NCBI GenBank assembly: GCA_903889245.1
Contig: CAISWQ010000038.1
Coordinates: 68,763-132,762, forward strand
Direction of reading: 5' to 3'
Source of the DNA: an uncultured Lentisphaerota bacterium
GTDB lineage: Bacteria; Verrucomicrobiota; Kiritimatiellia; CAIQIC01
DNA length: 64,000 nucleotides
Part shown: piece after piece, positions 17,587-26,292 of the stretch
Numbering within the stretch: the stretch's first letter is position 1
Layout of the letters: each line of letters begins with the position of its first letter
The notes under the pieces: model-generated
What the model was told of the DNA's origin: nothing
Seen by the model: only the letters and a program-made list of their open reading frames with translations
The model's database searches: none
Made by a program: the position numbers and the translations under genes

Positions 17587-19026
17587 ATGAAAACATTGCC
17601 TGCCATTCTTACGGTGTTTTGCGTTTTTCCAATGCTTGGAAAAAGTGCCGACTCCACTTTCCAACCCTTGGAAAAACCGCCGCGCCCGAACATCGTCTAT
17701 ATCCTCGCCGATGATCTTGGCTTCGCCGACGTGGGTTTCCACGGGCCGGAGATCAAGACGCCGCACATCGACAAGCTCGCCGCCGCCGGCACGAAGCTGG
17801 AAGCGTTCTACGTCCTGCCGGTCTGCACGCCGACGCGCTCGGCGCTGATGACCGGCCGCTACCCGATCCGCTACGGCCGCCAGTACAACGTCATCCGCCC
17901 CGGCTCGCAGGTCGGGCTCGCGCTCGAAGAGCGCCTGCTGCCGCAGGCCCTGCGCGAGGCCGGCTACGCGACGGCGCTGTGCGGCAAGTGGCACCTTGGC
18001 GATTTCAAGGCGGAATATCTGCCGATGGCGCGCGGCTTCGAGCACCAGTTCGGCTTCTGCTCGCACGGCGAAAAATTCACGCACTTCCCGAAAGGCGACT
18101 GCGGCTTGATGCGCGACCAGAAGCCGATCACCGAAGAAGGCTACCTCGCGCACATGACCGCCAACGAGGCGATCCGCCAGATCGAACAGCGTGATGTGAA
18201 CAAGCCGCTCTTCCTCTACGTCGCGTTCAACGCGGTACACAATCCGCTGGAGTGTCCGCCAGAATATGCCAAACCCTATGCAGCGCTCGGCCCGACGCGC
18301 AGCCTCTACGCTGGCATGACCGCCGCGATGGATGAGGACATCGGGAAAATCCTCGAGGCTATCGGGCGCGCCGGCATGGCCAGCAACACGCTCATCATCT
18401 TCCACAGCGACAACGGCGGGCTGACCACCAAGGGCAAGATCGCCAGCAACGCGCCGCTGCGCGGCGGCAAGGGCTCGCTCTATGAGGGCGGCGTCCGTGC
18501 CTGCGCCTGCGCCACGTGGCCCGTCCATATCCCGGCCGGCGCGGCGCTCAAGGAGCCGCTGCACGTCGTGGACTGGTATCCCACGCTGCTCAAGCTCGCG
18601 GGCGCCGCGCTCGAGCAGAAGCAACCGCTCGATGGACGCGATATCTGGCCGGTGCTCACCCAGAACAAACCTTCGCCGCACGATGTGCTCCTGCTCAACA
18701 CCGTCGGCCGCACCGGCGCCGTGCGCATGGGCGACTGGAAGCTCGTCCGCAATGGCAAGTGGGACGACGACGAGGACAGCAGCGGCGCGAAGCCGACGCG
18801 CGAGGAGAAGCAGAAGCAGCGGCTGGCGCGGCGCGACGCGCCCGACACCTTCGAGCTGTTCAACCTCGCGCAGGACCTCGGCGAAAAAAATAATCTGGCC
18901 CAGCAGCAACCCGACAAGGTGAAGGAACTCACCGCGCGGCTGGACGCCTTCGCCAAGGAGGCGGTCCCGCCGGACCTGGGGCCGCGGCCCGCCGGCGCGA
19001 AGAAGGGCAAGACTTCCGAAAAATGA
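17587..19026 (+). CDS. sulfatase (arylsulfatase-like, formylglycine-dependent)
   Basis: IVYILADDLGFADVGFHG, the CTPTRSALMTGRYP C-x-P-x-R motif, and GKWHLG. Confidence 0.9.
   Translation: MKTLPAILTVFCVFPMLGKSADSTFQPLEKPPRPNIVYILADDLGFADVGFHGPEIKTPHIDKLAAAGTKLEAFYVLPVCTPTRSALMTGRYPIRYGRQYNVIRPGSQVGLALEERLLPQALREAGYATALCGKWHLGDFKAEYLPMARGFEHQFGFCSHGEKFTHFPKGDCGLMRDQKPITEEGYLAHMTANEAIRQIEQRDVNKPLFLYVAFNAVHNPLECPPEYAKPYAALGPTRSLYAGMTAAMDEDIGKILEAIGRAGMASNTLIIFHSDNGGLTTKGKIASNAPLRGGKGSLYEGGVRACACATWPVHIPAGAALKEPLHVVDWYPTLLKLAGAALEQKQPLDGRDIWPVLTQNKPSPHDVLLLNTVGRTGAVRMGDWKLVRNGKWDDDEDSSGAKPTREEKQKQRLARRDAPDTFELFNLAQDLGEKNNLAQQQPDKVKELTARLDAFAKEAVPPDLGPRPAGAKKGKTSEK
17624..17676. repeat. palindrome doublet embedded in the sulfatase 5' coding region (translated FPMLGKS....FQPLEK)
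   Basis: TTTTTCCAATGCTTGGAAAAA and CTTTCCAACCCTTGGAAAAA, 32 bp apart, lying between the signal peptide and the mature sulfatase domain. Confidence 0.9.
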
Positions 19027-19036
19027 AAGGCACACC

Positions 19037-20512
19037 ATGAATTCCCGTCGTGATTTTCTGAAACTCGCCGGCCTCGGCGCGGTCGGCGCCGCGCTTTTTC
19101 CAAGGGTTGGAAAAAGTGCGGCCCCGGTTTTCCAGGGCTTGGAAAAAGGCAAGCGCCCGAGCGTGTTGTTCCTCATCGTGGACGACATGACGACGACGCT
19201 CGGCTGCTACGGCGACCGTGACGCGCGTACGCCGCACATGGATGCGCTCGCCGCGCGCGGCGTCCGCTTCGACCGCGCCTACACGCAATTCTCGCTCTGC
19301 AATCCCTCGCGCTGCTCGTTCCTCACCGGCTGCTACCCGGAGCGCACGAAGGTGTTCGATCTCGTCACGAGTTTGCGCGTGGCGCTGCCGGACGAGGTGA
19401 CGCTGCCGCAGCACTTCAAGAACGCCGGCTACACCGCCGGCCGCATCGGCAAGGTCTTCCACGTGCCCGATCCGAAGACCAAGCCCGATGTCACGCTGGG
19501 GGTGGCACTGCACAAGGATCAGGCGATCCTCGACGAGGCCAAGCTCGCCGAGCGCAGCGAGGGCGACCTTTCCGATCCGCCGCACAAGTCGGGGCGGGAA
19601 GGCAATCAATACAACCGTTGCTATGCGCCGTCACCGCATCCCGACAAGGATTTCACCGACTACCAGATCGCCGAGGAGGCGCTCGCGACGCTGGAGCAGT
19701 TCAAGGACAAGCCGTTCTTCCTCGCGGTCGGTTTCATCCGTCCGCACACGCCCTACGTGGCGCCGCGCCGGTTCTTCGACGCCATTGATCCAACGAAGAT
19801 CGCCATGCCCGCCTTCTATCAGTCCGGCGGCGAGGATCGCGCGAAAATTCCGAACCCCGCGCTGCGGCCGAACAACAATGTCTTCAGGTTCGCCGCGCCG
19901 TCGCCCAAGGAAGCGCGCGAGGCGCGTCGCGCCTATCACGCTTCGACCGCGTGGGTGGATTCCCAGGTCGGCCGCGTGCTCGCCAAGCTCAAGGAGCTGA
20001 AACTCGACGAGAACACCTACGTGCTGCTCACCGGCGACCACGGCTACCAGCTTGGCGAGCACGGCCTGTGGGCGAAGCAGACGCTGTTCGAGGAGGGCAC
20101 GCACGTGCCGCTGCTCGTCGCCGGGCCCGGCATCAAGCCCGGCACCTGTACGGGCCTCGTCGAGCAGGTGGATATTTTCCCGACGCTCGCCGCGCTCGCG
20201 GGGCTAGACATCCCGAAGAGCGTGCAAGGCATGTCGTTGAAGGAGCAGATCGCTGACCCAACCAAGGCGGGCAAGCCGGCGGTCTTCAGCACGATGGTCT
20301 CGACGCACACCAAGCTGATGGGACGCAGCGTGCGCGACGAACGCTTCCGTTACATCGAGTGGGATGAGGGCCGCGCCGGCCGCCAGCTCTATGACCACGA
20401 GGGCGATCCTCACGAGTTGACCAACCTGGCCGATCTGCCGCAACATGCCGCGCGTGTCGGGCAGATGCACGCCCTGCTGGCGCAGCACCTTGAAAAAGTA
20501 AGGAGCAAGTGA
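19037..20512 (+). CDS. sulfatase (iduronate-2-sulfatase-like), Tat-secreted
   Basis: Tat motif SRRDFLKLAGLGA. VLFLIVDD and CNPSRCSFLTGCYP (C-x-P-x-R). Confidence 0.9.
   Translation: MNSRRDFLKLAGLGAVGAALFPRVGKSAAPVFQGLEKGKRPSVLFLIVDDMTTTLGCYGDRDARTPHMDALAARGVRFDRAYTQFSLCNPSRCSFLTGCYPERTKVFDLVTSLRVALPDEVTLPQHFKNAGYTAGRIGKVFHVPDPKTKPDVTLGVALHKDQAILDEAKLAERSEGDLSDPPHKSGREGNQYNRCYAPSPHPDKDFTDYQIAEEALATLEQFKDKPFFLAVGFIRPHTPYVAPRRFFDAIDPTKIAMPAFYQSGGEDRAKIPNPALRPNNNVFRFAAPSPKEAREARRAYHASTAWVDSQVGRVLAKLKELKLDENTYVLLTGDHGYQLGEHGLWAKQTLFEEGTHVPLLVAGPGIKPGTCTGLVEQVDIFPTLAALAGLDIPKSVQGMSLKEQIADPTKAGKPAVFSTMVSTHTKLMGRSVRDERFRYIEWDEGRAGRQLYDHEGDPHELTNLADLPQHAARVGQMHALLAQHLEKVRSK
19095..19147. repeat. palindrome doublet embedded in coding (translated FPRVGKS....FQGLEK)
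   Basis: TTTTTCCAAGGGTTGGAAAAA and GTTTTCCAGGGCTTGGAAAAA, 32 bp apart, immediately after the Tat signal. Confidence 0.9.
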
Positions 20513-20514
20513 CC

Positions 20515-22188
20515 ATGAAGAAGATCATCCTGTCGGTGTTCGTATTCAGTCTCGCCTGCGGCGCCGCGCCGCTGAAGGTCGTCAACGGCGACTTCAGCGA
20601 TCTCGCCGGGCTGACGCAGAAGAGCGATGGCTGGTATGCCGGCCTGCCGAAGGGCTGGACCGGTTCCGAGGGCAGCTATGCCCTCCACACCAAGCGCGGC
20701 GCGACCGCGCCGACGTGCAATCCCTCCACGCTGGGCTTCTTCCGCCAGCAGGTCGGCGTGCTCGAGGCGGCGTCGGACGTCACGCTGACGTTCGATGTTT
20801 CCGATCCTTGGAAACCGGACGTGCTGCTCAACGCCGCGATTCTCGACGGGGACTTGATGGAATTGGCCACCGGCGATTTCAAGGTCGGCACAAAGCAGCA
20901 GCTTGTGGCGCGCGGCGTCCCCGCCGGCACGACGATCATCATCGGTTATCAAGCCGCGAAGTCCACGCCGGGGCTCGACAACGTTTCCGTCGCGGTGCAG
21001 CCGGCGACGGCCGCGCCCGCCGGCGTGGCGGCGAAGGCGAACGCGAAGATCACCGTCGCGAGCTACTACTTCGGCAACTACCATCTGGGCGATCCGCGCA
21101 ACGTGAAAATGAAAGGCAGGGATTGGTGCGAGTGGGAGCTGGTCAAGGCCGCCAAGCCGCGCTTCCCCGGCCACCACCAGCCGAACGTGCCGCTCTGGGG
21201 CTACACCGATGAGTCGGACCCGAAGGCGATGGAGCAGAAGATCGCCGCCGCCGCCGACCACGGCATCGAGGCGTTTATCTTCGACTGGTATTACTACGAT
21301 GACGGCCCGTTCCTCGACCGGCCAATCGATATCGGTTTCCTCAAGGCCGCGAACAACAGCCGCCTCAAGTTCTCCTTCATGTGGGCAAATCACGACTGGA
21401 TCGAGCTGCATCCCTACACGAAGGGCGCACCGCGCAAGGTGCTGTTCCCCGGCAAGGTTTCGCCGGAGAGCTTCGAGAAAATCTGCGCGCACGTCATCAA
21501 CGACTACTTCAAGCATCCGTCCTACTGGAAGATCGAGGGCCAGCCCTACTTCTCGTTCTATGACCTGACCCGGCTGCTGGAGAATTTCGGCTCGGTGGAG
21601 GCGGCGCGCGCCGCGCTGGATAAATTCCGCGCGGCGGTCAAGGCCGCCGGCTTCCCCGGCTTGCACCTCAACGCCGTGGCGTGGGGCCAGCCGATTTTGC
21701 CCAACGAGAAAGTGCCGGTGGATTCCGCCAAGCTCGTGCGCGACCTCGGCTTCGATTCCGTCACCTCCTACGTCTGGATTCATCACGTGCCGCTGCCGCA
21801 GCAGGCGACCGACTACAACCTCGTCCGCGACGGATACTTCAAATATTGGAACAGTGCGGTGAAAAAATTCGGCCTGCCATTCTTCCCGAACGTGACGATG
21901 GGGTGGGATCCCAGCCCGCGCTGCGATCAGCGCGACAAGTTCGACGCGTCCGGCTACCCGTTTACCAACACCATCGGCGGCAACACGCCGGAGCGGTTCA
22001 AGGAAGCGCTCGCGATGACCAAGCGTCGCCTGCTCGCGCAACCGGAGTCCGCCGGCCCGCGCATCCTGAATATCAACTGCTGGAACGAATGGACCGAGGG
22101 TAGTTACCTTGAGCCCGACCAGCGCAACGGAATGAAATATCTTGAGGCCGTCCGCGACGTCTTCGGCGTCCACGCGGCGGCCCCGTGA
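20515..22188 (+). CDS. WbsX/GH99-like family protein (putative glycoside hydrolase), secreted
   Basis: Signal peptide MKKIILSVFVFSLACGAA. Conserved blocks FIFDWYYYDD, FMWANHDW and NINCWNEWTEGSYLEPD are shared with the next gene. The family assignment is from memory and not verified. Confidence 0.55.
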   Translation: MKKIILSVFVFSLACGAAPLKVVNGDFSDLAGLTQKSDGWYAGLPKGWTGSEGSYALHTKRGATAPTCNPSTLGFFRQQVGVLEAASDVTLTFDVSDPWKPDVLLNAAILDGDLMELATGDFKVGTKQQLVARGVPAGTTIIIGYQAAKSTPGLDNVSVAVQPATAAPAGVAAKANAKITVASYYFGNYHLGDPRNVKMKGRDWCEWELVKAAKPRFPGHHQPNVPLWGYTDESDPKAMEQKIAAAADHGIEAFIFDWYYYDDGPFLDRPIDIGFLKAANNSRLKFSFMWANHDWIELHPYTKGAPRKVLFPGKVSPESFEKICAHVINDYFKHPSYWKIEGQPYFSFYDLTRLLENFGSVEAARAALDKFRAAVKAAGFPGLHLNAVAWGQPILPNEKVPVDSAKLVRDLGFDSVTSYVWIHHVPLPQQATDYNLVRDGYFKYWNSAVKKFGLPFFPNVTMGWDPSPRCDQRDKFDASGYPFTNTIGGNTPERFKEALAMTKRRLLAQPESAGPRILNINCWNEWTEGSYLEPDQRNGMKYLEAVRDVFGVHAAAP

Positions 22189-22217
22189 AGACCCCTCATC
22201 ATCAGGAGAATCAAACC

Positions 22218-23429
22218 ATGAAATACATGACCGGAATCGTCGCCATGCTGTTGCTCGTCGCCGGCCCGCTGCGCGCGCAAACCGCCGCTGCGCCGCAAAA
22301 GATCTATGACATCGCCGCGTTCGTCTGGCCGTCCTATCACCCGGACGACCGCGCCAAGATTTTCTGGCCCGACGGCATCGGCGAGTGGCAGACGGTGCTC
22401 CACAACCAGCCCAAGTTCGAGGGCCATGACCAACCACGCTTCCCGCTCTGGGGGCCGGTCAACGAGGCCGACCGCTACGTCATGGAGATGCAGATCGCCG
22501 CCGCTGCCGACCACGGCGTCAACGTCTTCATCTACGACTGGTATTGGTATGACCGGATGCCGTTCCTCGAGGGCTGCCTCAACGACGGCTTCCTCAAGGC
22601 GGGCAACAACCACCGGATGAAGTTCTACCTCATGTGGGCCAACCACGACGTGGGCCTCAACTGGGACAAGCGCAACGCCGATGACGCCTTCACCAAAAAG
22701 AACAAGGCGCTGGTCTGGAAGGGCAGCCTCGACCGCGCCGAGTTCGAGAAGATCGCGCACCGCTGGATCGAGAAATATTTCTCCCAGCCCACCTACTACA
22801 AGATCAACGGCAAGCCCGTCTTCATGCTCTACGACCTCAACAAATTCATCGAAGGCCTCGGCGGCGTTGAGCAGGCGAAGGACGCCCTCGCCTGGTTCCG
22901 CGCCGAGGTGCAGAAGGCCGGCTTCCCCGGGCTGGAGTTGCAGCTCTCCATGCGCCGCGACAACAAGAAGAACCTCTCCGGCGTGGCCGGCGACAACATC
23001 GGCACGCAGAAGGACCTTGTGGAGAAGCTCGGCTTCGACTCGCTCACGCACTACCAGTTCTGCCATTGCGTGGATGTGAACCGCGACTACAACGCCATCA
23101 TGAAGGACGTGGTGCCGCTCTGGAACGAAATCGCCGCCGGCTACAAGGCCAGGTATTACGCGCACGTCTCCGTCGGCTGGGACAGCAGCCCGCGGTCCTA
23201 CCACGTCAAGGGCGCGATCGTGAAGAACAACACGCCCGACAACTTCGAGCAGGCGCTGCGCGCGGCCAAGGCCTATGTGGATGCGCACCCCGGCCAGGCG
23301 CCGCTCATCACCATCAATAGTTGGAACGAGTGGACCGAGACCAGCTACCTCGAGCCCGACACCAAGTATGGCTACGGCTATCTCGAGGCCGTGCGTAATG
23401 TCTTCGGCGGTGCACCCGCCACGAAGTGA
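22218..23429 (+). CDS. WbsX/GH99-like family protein, paralog of the preceding gene
   Basis: Signal peptide MKYMTGIVAMLLLVAGPLRA. It has the same blocks (FIYDWYWYD, LMWANHD, INSWNEWTETSYLEPD). Confidence 0.55.
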   Translation: MKYMTGIVAMLLLVAGPLRAQTAAAPQKIYDIAAFVWPSYHPDDRAKIFWPDGIGEWQTVLHNQPKFEGHDQPRFPLWGPVNEADRYVMEMQIAAAADHGVNVFIYDWYWYDRMPFLEGCLNDGFLKAGNNHRMKFYLMWANHDVGLNWDKRNADDAFTKKNKALVWKGSLDRAEFEKIAHRWIEKYFSQPTYYKINGKPVFMLYDLNKFIEGLGGVEQAKDALAWFRAEVQKAGFPGLELQLSMRRDNKKNLSGVAGDNIGTQKDLVEKLGFDSLTHYQFCHCVDVNRDYNAIMKDVVPLWNEIAAGYKARYYAHVSVGWDSSPRSYHVKGAIVKNNTPDNFEQALRAAKAYVDAHPGQAPLITINSWNEWTETSYLEPDTKYGYGYLEAVRNVFGGAPATK

Positions 23430-23442
23430 AACCGGACCGACC

Positions 23443-26292
23443 ATGAAAAAAATCCTGCTGCTGCTGGCGTGCCTCGGCACGCTCTCCGGGACGGCGCTGG
23501 CCGCCGCCCGCCCGGACATCCTGCTGATCGTTGCCGATGATCTCGGTTACGGCGACATGAGCGCCTACGGGTGCAAGGAGTTCGCGACGCCGCATCTCGA
23601 CCGCCTCGCCGCGCAGGGGCTGCGCTTCTCCAGTGGCTACGTGGCCGCGCCCGTGTGCGGGCCGTCGCGCGCGGGCCTGCTCACGGGCCGTCATCCGAGT
23701 CGCATTCCGTTCCATGGAAACCCCGCGCCTGGCTCGGAGTCCGGCCTGCCGCTGGAACACAAGACGATGGCGGATCATCTAAAGGCCGCAGGCTATCGCA
23801 CGGCAGCGCTCGGCAAATGGCACCTCGGTGAGACGCCGCAGCATCACCCGATGTCGCGCGGGTTCGACGAGTTCTTCGGCTTCCTCTCCGGGATGCACAG
23901 CTATTTCAAAGCCGAGGACGCCGCGTGGGGACCGGTGTTGCGCGGACGCGAAAAGGCGGAGCTGAAGCAGTACCTGACGTTCGCGCTGGCCGACGAGGCG
24001 TGCGCGTTCATTCGCCGGCAAAAGGCCGATCCGTTTTTCCTCTACCTTGCCTTCAACGCGCCGCACGTGCCACTGGAGGCGCCGGACAATTATCTCGCGA
24101 AGACGCAGCACCTCGCCGACCCGCGCCGGAAAATTTGCGCGGCGATGATCCTCGCGCTCGATGACGCCATCGGTCGCGTGCTCGCCGCACTGCGCGAGAG
24201 CGGGCGCGCGGAGAACACGCTCGTCGTTTTTCTTAGCGATAACGGCGCGGCGCTGATTCCCGGCTCCGCCGAGAACGGAGGCAGCAATGCGCCGCTGCGC
24301 GGCTCGAAGGCGCAGCTCTGGGAAGGCGGCGTGCGCGTGCCGTTCTGTATCCAGTGGCCCGGCCACATCAAGGCTGGCGGCGTCAGCGACACGCCGGTCA
24401 GCTCGCTCGACCTGCTGCCGACGTTCCTCGCCGCGGCCCAAAGTGGTCATCTCGCTCCGCGTGATGTGATCTTCGATGGCGTCAACCTGCTCCCCTGGCT
24501 CGAAGGCAAAGCCGAGCCGCCGGTGCGCGAGCATCTCTTCTGGAAATTCGGCGCGCGCCAGATGGCCATTCGCGGCGCCGAGGTGAAACTCGTACAGGTG
24601 GACGCGGACAAAGGTTTGTTCAATCTTCGTCAGGACATCGCCGAAACCAAGGATATCACGGCGAAACGGCCGGTGCTGGCGCGGCAACTGGAAGCTGCGT
24701 GGAAGAAATGGGACGCGGCCAATCTCGTCACCACGCGCACGCCGCGCGCGAAGCCGGCGGCGCCGCCGGTGACGTTCGTGCACAGCAATCTCCCGAACAT
24801 TGTTTTGGTTCTGGCCGATGACCTCGGCTATGGCGATGTGTCGTGTTACAACCCGCAGGCGAAATTCAAGACGCCCAACGTGGACCGGCTCGCTGCGCAG
24901 GGCACGCGCTTCACCGATGTACACACGCCCACGAGCGTCTGCACGCCGACGCGCTACGGCATTCTCACGGGCCGGCATTCGTGGCGCACGCGGCTCCAGC
25001 GCGGCGTGCTTAATGACTATGATCCGCCCCTGATTGCCCCGGATCGCCTCACGCTGCCCGCGCTGCTCGCGCAGCACGGCTACCGCACGGCCTGCGTGGG
25101 CAAGTGGCACCTCGGCTTCGACTGGAACATCGCGGAGCGCGATCTGCCGCTCTTCAAGTTCGGCTATCGCAAGGGTGCGCCGGGCGCAGCCACAGAGGCG
25201 CATCGCGCGGCGTGGCAGGCCGCGTTTTCGCAACTGCTCCGCGGCGGTCCGGTGGATCACGGCTTTCAATCCTATTTCGGCCCCGACGTGCCGAACATGC
25301 CGCCCTACGGTTTTATCCGCGACGACAAACTTATCACGGTGCCCACGGTGCTGAAACAGGCGGGCGATGTCTCCGACACCGGCAACAAGACCACCACCGG
25401 CCCGGCGGGGCCGATGGTCGCGGGCTATCAGTTCGATCAGATCATGCCATCGCTCGTGCGCGAGGCCGAGGCGGTGATCGCGCGCCACGCCGCCGCCAAG
25501 CAGCCGTTCTTCCTCTACTTCCCGCTGACCGCGCCGCATTTCCCGGTGGTGCCTTCGGCGGACTTCATGGGGAAGAGCGGGGTCTGTCCGCTCGCCGACT
25601 TTATCCTCGAGACCGATGCCGCACTTGGCAGCGTCATGGCCGCGCTGGAGAAGAATGGCGTGGCTGATAACACCCTGCTGATTTTCACCAGCGACAACGG
25701 GCCCGCCCACAACAGCCGTGCGCCACTCGAACAGGCTGGCCACAACGGCAGCGGCCCGTTGCGCGGCTCGAAGGCCTCGATCTATGAGGGTGGCCACCGC
25801 GTCCCGTTTGTCGCGCGCTGGCCCGGCCACACGCCCGTCGGGGCCGTCTCCGCTGAACTTATCTGCCAGACCACGTTCATGGCGACGTGCGCCGAATTGC
25901 TCGGCGCGAAGCTGCCGGACGCAGCCGCCGAGGACAGCTACAGCATCCTCCCGCTGTTGCGCGGCGCGCAGCCGGCACAACCGACGCATCCCGCCGTGAT
26001 TCATAATCCCGGCGCGCGTCTGTTCGCCATCCGGCAAGGTCCGCTGAAGCAGATCGTGATGCCGGATGGCAAGGATGAACTCTATGACCTCGCCAGCGAC
26101 CTCGGCGAAACGAAGAACGTGATCGCCGAGCATCGCGAGAAGGCCGCGGAACTCACCGCGCTGCTCAAGCGCTGGCTCGAATCCGGACGCAGCACGCCCG
26201 GAGCGCCGCAACAAAACGACGTGCCAGTGGCGCTGCGCGATCCCACCGCGCCGGTCAACGACCGCGCACAATCCCTCCGGTCCGCCCCATGA
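23443..26292 (+). CDS. tandem two-domain sulfatase (two complete sulfatase modules in one ORF)
   Basis: Signal peptide MKKILLLLACLGTLSG. Module 1 has ILLIVADDLGYGD and CGPSRAGLLTGRHP. Module 2 starts near residue 500 with IVLVLADDLGYGD and CTPTRYGILTGRHS. Both have GKWHLG. Confidence 0.85.
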   Translation: MKKILLLLACLGTLSGTALAAARPDILLIVADDLGYGDMSAYGCKEFATPHLDRLAAQGLRFSSGYVAAPVCGPSRAGLLTGRHPSRIPFHGNPAPGSESGLPLEHKTMADHLKAAGYRTAALGKWHLGETPQHHPMSRGFDEFFGFLSGMHSYFKAEDAAWGPVLRGREKAELKQYLTFALADEACAFIRRQKADPFFLYLAFNAPHVPLEAPDNYLAKTQHLADPRRKICAAMILALDDAIGRVLAALRESGRAENTLVVFLSDNGAALIPGSAENGGSNAPLRGSKAQLWEGGVRVPFCIQWPGHIKAGGVSDTPVSSLDLLPTFLAAAQSGHLAPRDVIFDGVNLLPWLEGKAEPPVREHLFWKFGARQMAIRGAEVKLVQVDADKGLFNLRQDIAETKDITAKRPVLARQLEAAWKKWDAANLVTTRTPRAKPAAPPVTFVHSNLPNIVLVLADDLGYGDVSCYNPQAKFKTPNVDRLAAQGTRFTDVHTPTSVCTPTRYGILTGRHSWRTRLQRGVLNDYDPPLIAPDRLTLPALLAQHGYRTACVGKWHLGFDWNIAERDLPLFKFGYRKGAPGAATEAHRAAWQAAFSQLLRGGPVDHGFQSYFGPDVPNMPPYGFIRDDKLITVPTVLKQAGDVSDTGNKTTTGPAGPMVAGYQFDQIMPSLVREAEAVIARHAAAKQPFFLYFPLTAPHFPVVPSADFMGKSGVCPLADFILETDAALGSVMAALEKNGVADNTLLIFTSDNGPAHNSRAPLEQAGHNGSGPLRGSKASIYEGGHRVPFVARWPGHTPVGAVSAELICQTTFMATCAELLGAKLPDAAAEDSYSILPLLRGAQPAQPTHPAVIHNPGARLFAIRQGPLKQIVMPDGKDELYDLASDLGETKNVIAEHREKAAELTALLKRWLESGRSTPGAPQQNDVPVALRDPTAPVNDRAQSLRSAP

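Noticed and set aside
20410-22437. Long antisense ORFs on the - strand (20410..22437, 23779..26271, 46910..49150, 44877..46619, 49172..50557, 15749..17374 and others).
   Set aside because: They lie opposite + strand genes that have clear family motifs and signal peptides. In a genome this GC-rich, stop codons are rare, so long spurious antisense ORFs are expected. Their translations are low-complexity and Arg/Ala/Gly-rich with no motifs.
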